A stretch of DNA of 24,000 nucleotides. Origin: Spelaeicoccus albus (GTDB lineage: Bacteria > Actinomycetota > Actinomycetes > Actinomycetales > Brevibacteriaceae). A model generated the notes under the pieces. The model worked only from the letters and a program-made list of their open reading frames with translations, was not told where the DNA came from and did not search any database. A program made the translations under genes and the position numbers. Shown piece after piece: positions 18,349 to 24,000 of the stretch. The stretch lies in the NCBI RefSeq assembly GCF_013409065.1, contig NZ_JACBZP010000001.1, positions 2,776,518 to 2,800,517 on the forward strand, written 5' to 3'. Numbering within the stretch: the stretch's first letter is position 1; each line of letters opens with the position of its first letter.

Positions 18349-19320
18349 ATGGCGCACGACGTGCTGACGATGGGCCGAATCAGTGTTGATATTTATCCGC
18401 ACGATATCGGCGTCGATCTCGAAGACGTGACGACGTTCGGCAAATATCTGGGCGGATCCGCATCCAACGTCGCAGTGGCGGCGGCAAAGCACGGGCTGAA
18501 GTCCGGGGTGATCACCCGCACCGGGAACGACCCGTTCGGAACCTATCTGCACCGTGAACTTCGCCGTTACGGCGTCGACGACTCCCAGGTCAGCGCCGTC
18601 GACGAGTGGCCGACACCCGTGACCTTCTGCGCCATCAAACCACCGGAGGACTTTCCGCTGTACTTCTACCGGACGCCGACCGCCCCGGATCTGCAAATCA
18701 AACGGGCCGAACTCGACACGGACGCCGTCCGGAGCGCCGGGATCTTCTGGATGACGGTAACCGGGCTTTGCCAAGAGCCCAGCCGCGACGCGCACGCCGC
18801 CGCCCTCGAAGCGCGGCCGCGAGAGGGCCTGCGCCCCGGCCAGTTCACGGTACTCGATCTCGACTATCGTCCCATGTTCTGGCCCGGCCCGGACGAAGCC
18901 CGCACCGAGATCGCCCGCGTGCTTCCGGACGTCACCGTCGCGATCGGCAACCGCGAAGAATGCGGCGTGGCGGTCGGCGAAGGCACCCCCGACGAGCTCG
19001 CCGACCGGCTGCTGGAATCCGGCGTCGACATCGCAGTCGTCAAACTCGGGTCGGACGGCGTCATGGCGGCTTCACGGTCCGACCGGGTCATTTCCGCGCC
19101 CATCCCCGTCGACCCGGTCAACGGCCTGGGCGCCGGGGACGCCTTTGGCGGCGCGTTCTGCCGGGCATTGACCAGCGGCTGGGAACTTCGGGCGTGCCTG
19201 GACTTCGCCAACGCCGCCGGCGCAATCGTGGCCGGCGAGCTGTCTTGCTCGGAGGCCATGCCTGATACGGACGCCGTGCTTGCCCTTTTGGCAGCTCGCG
19301 GACGGGCGGTGCCGGCGTGA
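18349..19320 (+). CDS. iolC: 5-dehydro-2-deoxygluconokinase
   Basis: PfkB-family kinase (GRISVDIYPHDIGVDLEDVTTFGKYLGGSASNVAVAAAKHG; VNGLGAGDAFGGAFCRAL); first gene of iol operon. Confidence 0.93.
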   Translation: MAHDVLTMGRISVDIYPHDIGVDLEDVTTFGKYLGGSASNVAVAAAKHGLKSGVITRTGNDPFGTYLHRELRRYGVDDSQVSAVDEWPTPVTFCAIKPPEDFPLYFYRTPTAPDLQIKRAELDTDAVRSAGIFWMTVTGLCQEPSRDAHAAALEARPREGLRPGQFTVLDLDYRPMFWPGPDEARTEIARVLPDVTVAIGNREECGVAVGEGTPDELADRLLESGVDIAVVKLGSDGVMAASRSDRVISAPIPVDPVNGLGAGDAFGGAFCRALTSGWELRACLDFANAAGAIVAGELSCSEAMPDTDAVLALLAARGRAVPA

Positions 19321-20273
19321 ACGGCCACGACGCGGGCAGCGGCGACACCCGCTACGAGCACCTGACCCGGATCCGGGTGGAAGATCCGGGCGCCATCGCC
19401 CGGGCGGCCACGTCCAGGCGGCGGCACCCGGGACTGCGGTACGGCCCGCAAACGTTCATCATTGCAGCCGATCATCCCGCTCGCGGCGCGCTGTCGGTCG
19501 GCGACGACGCGGCCGCGATGGCCGACCGGCGAGACCTGCTCGACCGGTTACGGACCGCCTTGGCGACGCCGGGCTGTGACGGCGTTTTGGCCACGCCGGA
19601 CATCATCGACGATCTGCTGCTGCTCGGCGCCCTGGACGACAAACTCGTGTTCGGGTCGATGAACCGCGCCGGGCTTGCCGGATCGTCCTTTGAATACGAC
19701 GACCGCTTCACCGGTTACACGGCCGAAGCATTGGACGCCATCGGCGCCGACGGGGGCAAGATGCTCACCCGGATCGCCTTGGCGGATCCCGCCACTCCAA
19801 CGGTGCTCGAGAACACGGCCCGCGCCGTCGATGCGCTGGCCGACCGCGGACTCGTGGCAATGATCGAGCCGTTCCTTTCGGAATGGCGGAACGGCCGAGC
19901 CCACAACGACCTCAGCACGGACGCCGTCGTCAAATCGGTGGCGATCGCGTCGGCCCTCGGCGCGTCGAGCGCAGGCACGTGGATGAAGGTGCCCGTCGTC
20001 GACCGGATGGACCGCGTCATGGCGGCCACGACACTGCCGACAGTGCTACTGGGCGGCGACACCGGCTCCGATCCGGATGTCGTGTTCGCCCGGTGGGAAA
20101 ACGCCTTGCGCCAACCCGGCGTCGTCGGCCTGACAGTGGGGCGCACCTTGCTCTACCCGCCGGACGGTGACGTGGCCGGCGCAGTGAAAACCGCAGTGTC
20201 GCTGCTGGCCGGCCCGGCGTCCGGCAATTCCGCACCCCCTCCATCCACAACGGCCGATAGGAGCCGCTCATGA
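19317..20273 (+). CDS. Cgl0159-like (beta/alpha)8-barrel aldolase-family protein of inositol clusters
   Basis: RYGPQTFIIAADHPARGALSVGDD...GVLATPDIIDDLLLLGALDDKLVFGSMNRAGLAGSSFEYDDRFTGYTAEA; located between iolC and iolD with 4-bp overlaps on both sides, as in Corynebacterium-type iol clusters. Confidence 0.8.
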   Translation: MNGHDAGSGDTRYEHLTRIRVEDPGAIARAATSRRRHPGLRYGPQTFIIAADHPARGALSVGDDAAAMADRRDLLDRLRTALATPGCDGVLATPDIIDDLLLLGALDDKLVFGSMNRAGLAGSSFEYDDRFTGYTAEALDAIGADGGKMLTRIALADPATPTVLENTARAVDALADRGLVAMIEPFLSEWRNGRAHNDLSTDAVVKSVAIASALGASSAGTWMKVPVVDRMDRVMAATTLPTVLLGGDTGSDPDVVFARWENALRQPGVVGLTVGRTLLYPPDGDVAGAVKTAVSLLAGPASGNSAPPPSTTADRSRS

Positions 20274-22198
20274 CGCAGATGACAGTCGCGCAGGCAGTCG
20301 TGGAGTTTCTCGGCAGGCAGTACACCGTCGACCGCATTGGCTCCGAGACGTACCGCGAGCGAACCATTCCGGGAATGCTCGGCATCTTCGGGCACGGTAA
20401 CGTGGCGGGAGTCGGCCAGGCGTTGAAGCAATGGCAGCAAAAGGACCCCACGCTGATGCCCTACTACCAGGGCCGCAACGAACAGGGACTTGCCGATCAG
20501 GGAGTCGGCTATGCCCGCCACACCAGGCGCCGCGGCACGTTCGCCGTGACGACGTCGATCGGCCCCGGGTCGTCGAACCTCCTCACCGGTGCGGCCCTGG
20601 CCACGGCCAACCGACTGCCGGTGTTGTTGCTGCCGTCCGACACGTTCGCCACGCGCCGGCCCGACCCCGTGCTGCAGCAAATCGAACGCCCCGAAGCGTA
20701 TGACGTGAGCGTCAATGACGCGTTCCGGCCGCTGTCCAAATCGTTCGACAGGGTCAGCCGCCCCGAACAGGTGTTCTCGGCACTGCTGAACGCCATGCGC
20801 GTGTTGACGGACCCGGCCGAAACCGGCGCCTGCACTATTGCGCTGCCGCAGGACGTGCAGGCCGAAGCAATCGATGTCCCGGACGAATTCCTCGCCGAAC
20901 GCAACTGGCGGATCCGTCGGCCCGCCCCGGAAATCGACGACATTCGCGAAGCCGCCCGTGCGATCGAAGACGCCGAGCGGCCGCTCATCGTGGCGGGTGG
21001 GGGAGTGCTGTACTCGTTCGCCACCGACGCGCTGCAGGATTTCGTCGAAGCCACCGGCATCCCCGTCGGCTGCACGCAAGCAGGAATGGGGTCGTTGGCC
21101 TGGGACCATCCGCAAAACCTCGGCGCCATCGGGTCGACCGGCACGGTGGCCGCTAACCGACTCGCCCGCGATGCCGACCTGGTGATCGGCATCGGCACTC
21201 GTTACGAGGACTTCACCACTGCCTCGCGCACCGCCTTCGCGAACCCGGCCGTGCGCTTCATCAACATCAACGTCGCTGCCATCGACGCGTACAAGAACGC
21301 CACCTCCTTGCCGATCGTCGCCGACGCGCGCAAGGCGCTCATCGAGCTGACCTCGGCGCTGCAAGGGTTCCGCGTGTCGGATGATTTGACGTCGACCGTG
21401 GCGGCCGAGAAGAAGGAGTGGGACGCCGTCGTCGACGACGCGTACCACACGCGCCACGCGCCGCTGCCGGCCCAGTCCGAGATCATCGGCGCCGTGAACG
21501 AGGCATCGGATGCGCGCGACGTCGTGATCTGCGCGGCAGGATCCCTGCCGGGCGACCTGCACAAGCTCTGGCGTGTGCGAGACCCCTACGGCTACCACGT
21601 GGAATACGCGTTCTCGTGCATGGGATACGAGATCGCCGGTGGAATCGGCGTCAAACGCGCGGCGCCGGACCGCGACGTCATCGTCATGGTGGGCGACGGG
21701 TCGTATCTGATGATGCACACCGAACTCGTCACGGCAGTCGCCGAACGGATCGACGTGATAGTCGTCTTGATCCAAAATCACGGCTATGCGTCGATCGGCG
21801 CCCTGTCGGAGTCGTTGGGCTCGCAGCGGTTCGGCACCAAATACCGGTACCTCGACGAAGAGTCGCACAGCTTCGACGACGGCCACACGCTGCCGATCGA
21901 TTTGGCGACCAACGCCGAGAGTCTCGGCGCGCACGTGATCCGCATCGGCCCGGGCGAATCGAGCATCGACGAATTGGCCGACGCCGTCCGGCGCACCAAG
22001 GCCGAGTTCTCCGGCGGCACGCGCTCGGGCCCCGTGCTGATCCATGTGAACAGCGACCCGCTGATTGCCGCACCGGACTCCGAGAGTTGGTGGGACGTGC
22101 CGGTGTCGGCCGTGTCCGAGCTGGATTCCACGCTCGAGGCGTATTCCGAATACACGGCCCGCAAAGACACGCAAGCTCGCTACCTCGGCGATCGCTGA
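20270..22198 (+). CDS. iolD: 3D-(3,5/4)-trihydroxycyclohexane-1,2-dione hydrolase (ThDP-dependent)
   Basis: 642 aa; FLGRQYTVDRIGSETYRERTIPGMLGIFGHGNVAGVGQAL; ThDP-binding GDGSYLMMHTELVTAVAERIDVIVVLIQNHGYASIG. Confidence 0.95.
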   Translation: MTQMTVAQAVVEFLGRQYTVDRIGSETYRERTIPGMLGIFGHGNVAGVGQALKQWQQKDPTLMPYYQGRNEQGLADQGVGYARHTRRRGTFAVTTSIGPGSSNLLTGAALATANRLPVLLLPSDTFATRRPDPVLQQIERPEAYDVSVNDAFRPLSKSFDRVSRPEQVFSALLNAMRVLTDPAETGACTIALPQDVQAEAIDVPDEFLAERNWRIRRPAPEIDDIREAARAIEDAERPLIVAGGGVLYSFATDALQDFVEATGIPVGCTQAGMGSLAWDHPQNLGAIGSTGTVAANRLARDADLVIGIGTRYEDFTTASRTAFANPAVRFININVAAIDAYKNATSLPIVADARKALIELTSALQGFRVSDDLTSTVAAEKKEWDAVVDDAYHTRHAPLPAQSEIIGAVNEASDARDVVICAAGSLPGDLHKLWRVRDPYGYHVEYAFSCMGYEIAGGIGVKRAAPDRDVIVMVGDGSYLMMHTELVTAVAERIDVIVVLIQNHGYASIGALSESLGSQRFGTKYRYLDEESHSFDDGHTLPIDLATNAESLGAHVIRIGPGESSIDELADAVRRTKAEFSGGTRSGPVLIHVNSDPLIAAPDSESWWDVPVSAVSELDSTLEAYSEYTARKDTQARYLGDR

Positions 22199-22257
22199 CC
22201 GGAGCGCATCCAATGACGGCAGGAGCACGGAACGATGAGCCCACGACAAGGAGCCCG

Positions 22258-23163
22258 ATGAGCACTGTGACGATCGGTACCGCACCTGATTCCTGGGGAG
22301 TCTGGTTTGCCGACGACCCCGAGCAGACCCCGTGGCAACGCTTCCTCGACGAAGCCGCCGACGCCGGATACCGGTGGATCGAACTCGGCCCCTACGGATA
22401 CCTGCCGACCGACCCGGAAGTTCTGCGCGCCGAACTGGAGCGGCGCGACCTCCAGGTCGCGGCCGGAACAGTCTTCACGGCGTTCCACCGAGGCGCCGAC
22501 CAGTGGCACGAGGCATGGGAGCCTGCCAGGAAAGTCGCCGAGCTGACTGCCGCGGTGGGCGGCAAGCATATCGTCGTCATTCCGGCGATGTGGCGCGACG
22601 ACGTGACGGGGCAGCCGGTGGAAAGCGGCGAGCTGACGGCAGGGCAGTGGGACGATCTGTGCGCGGGTCACGACAAGCTCGGCCGCATCCTCGCCGACGA
22701 CTACGGACTCGCGCAGCAATTCCATCCGCACGCCGACAGCCACGTGGGCGCGCAGCCGGACATCGAACGGATTTTGCAGGCGACCGATCCGGCATTCTTC
22801 AATTTGTGTCTCGACACCGGGCACGCCGAATACTGCGGCGCCTCCAGCCTGGACCTGATCCGTCAGTATCCCGACCGCATCGGTTACCTGCACTTGAAGC
22901 AGATCGACCCGGCCGTTCTTGCCCACGTGCGCGAAAACGACCTCACCTGGGCGGCGGCCAACAAGGCCGGAGTGATGGTCGAACCACCCGCGGGTCTTCC
23001 CGATCTGCGCAGCGTGATCGACGCGGTCGAAGCTCTGGACAAGGACATCTTCGGCGTCGTGGAACAAGACATGTACCCGGTCCCGTTCGACGTGCCGTTG
23101 CCGATCGCTCGGCGCACGAAGGACTATCTGCTGTCCTGCGGATCTCGGACGACGATCAACTAA
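22258..23163 (+). CDS. iolE: Inosose dehydratase
   Basis: MSTVTIGTAPDSWGVWFADDPEQTPWQRFLDEAADAGYRWIELGPYGYLPTDP; GGKHIVVIPAMW; start chosen at ATG 22258 with AAGGAG 4 nt upstream (alternative ATG 22213). Confidence 0.93.
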   Translation: MSTVTIGTAPDSWGVWFADDPEQTPWQRFLDEAADAGYRWIELGPYGYLPTDPEVLRAELERRDLQVAAGTVFTAFHRGADQWHEAWEPARKVAELTAAVGGKHIVVIPAMWRDDVTGQPVESGELTAGQWDDLCAGHDKLGRILADDYGLAQQFHPHADSHVGAQPDIERILQATDPAFFNLCLDTGHAEYCGASSLDLIRQYPDRIGYLHLKQIDPAVLAHVRENDLTWAAANKAGVMVEPPAGLPDLRSVIDAVEALDKDIFGVVEQDMYPVPFDVPLPIARRTKDYLLSCGSRTTIN

Positions 23164-23189
23164 CGCCACTCACGCTCAGGGAGAGAACT

Positions 23190-24000
23190 ATGGACGCATC
23201 GAAAACCTCCGACCGGCTGAACGTCGCGGTGATTGGCGCCGGACGCATGGGCGCCGACCACATTCGCCGTCTGGACACGCGTATTTCCGGAGCGCGCGTA
23301 GCGGCTGTCGTCGACGTCGACGAGGCCCGGGCGACGGACGCCGTGCGCGACGTGCCCGGCGCCGTCGCCCTGACGGATCCGACTGAAGCGTTGGCGCGGG
23401 CCGACGTGGATGCCGTCCTCGTGGCAACCCCCGGATTCCTGCACGAGGACATCCTGTTGGCCGCGCTGGAAAAAGATATGCCGATCCTGTGCGAAAAGCC
23501 GCTCACGCAAGAGCCCGACAGTTCGTGGCGGATCGTCGAAGCCGAAGAGAGGCTGGGCCGTCAGCGAATCCAGGTCGGCTTCATGCGCCGCTTCGACTCC
23601 GAATACGCAGCGCTCGGCGGCATATTTGCCGGCGGCGAGCTCGGCGCGCCGCTGATGCTGCACTGCGCGCACCGCAATCCGTCCACGCCGCCCGGGTTCA
23701 CCAACGAGATGCTCATCACCGACTCGGTGGTGCACGAATTCGACGTGATCCGCTATTTGACCGGCGAAGAGATCGCTTCGGTCCAGATCCGGCGAGGCCG
23801 CCGGAACTCGTTCGCCCCCGACGAGCAGCACGACCCGCAACACGTGCTGATCGAGACCACCGGCGGGCTCTTGGCCGACGTCGAGATCTTCGTCAATGCC
23901 GAATTCGGCTACCAGGTCACGACGCAGGCCGTGTTCGAACGCGGAATCGTCAACATCGGGCGGGACCGCGGACCGGAGGTAGCGGCGTCCGGTCGTTGGG
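23190..24000 (+). CDS. iolG: Gfo/Idh/MocA oxidoreductase, probable inositol 2-dehydrogenase; truncated by right edge
   Basis: MDASKTSDRLNVAVIGAGRMGADHIRRLDTRISGARVAAVVDVDEARATDAV...PILCEKPLTQEPDSSWRIVEAEERLGRQRIQVGFMRRFDSEYAALGGI; ORF open to window end, hence not in track. Confidence 0.88.
   Translation, partial: MDASKTSDRLNVAVIGAGRMGADHIRRLDTRISGARVAAVVDVDEARATDAVRDVPGAVALTDPTEALARADVDAVLVATPGFLHEDILLAALEKDMPILCEKPLTQEPDSSWRIVEAEERLGRQRIQVGFMRRFDSEYAALGGIFAGGELGAPLMLHCAHRNPSTPPGFTNEMLITDSVVHEFDVIRYLTGEEIASVQIRRGRRNSFAPDEQHDPQHVLIETTGGLLADVEIFVNAEFGYQVTTQAVFERGIVNIGRDRGPEVAASGRW

Noticed and set aside
20153-22285. 710-aa minus-strand ORF antisense to iolD
   Set aside because: Arg/His/Gly-rich shadow ORF caused by high-GC third codon positions; the opposite strand encodes a clear, full-length IolD with conserved motifs.

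Overview
This is an ordinary-looking, high-GC actinobacterial chromosomal window (probably Micrococcales-like; genus not determinable from sequence alone). From left to right it contains: (1) a minus-strand fatty-acid synthesis cluster (PucR/FasR-type regulator, fabD, fabH, acpP cut by the left edge); (2) aceE (minus), divergent from a DUF3052 gene and an AhpE-type peroxiredoxin; (3) a secreted resuscitation-promoting factor with a repetitive Ser-rich linker and LysM domain; (4) a minus-strand riboflavin operon ribD-ribE-ribBA-ribH headed by a clear FMN (RFN) riboswitch; (5) a minus-strand ArsR-like regulator / 54-aa small ORF / APC-family permease operon with a striking dyad upstream of the regulator; (6) tRNA-Val(TAC); (7) a plus-strand three-gene CoA-ester cluster (acyl-CoA dehydrogenase, BadH-like SDR, atypical crotonase); (8) a plus-strand myo-inositol catabolic operon iolC / Cgl0159-like aldolase / iolD / iolE / iolG (cut by the right edge). 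I see no mobile element, CRISPR array, or defence or toxin-antitoxin locus. The best second-look items are the ArsR-operator/smORF/permease unit, the possible alicyclic acyl-CoA cluster with altered catalytic residues, a perfect 31-bp-arm palindrome flanked by related half-copies next to aceE, and a separate palindrome family present twice (after rpf and after the permease). Most large ORFs in the supplied track that overlap these genes are GC-skew shadow ORFs.
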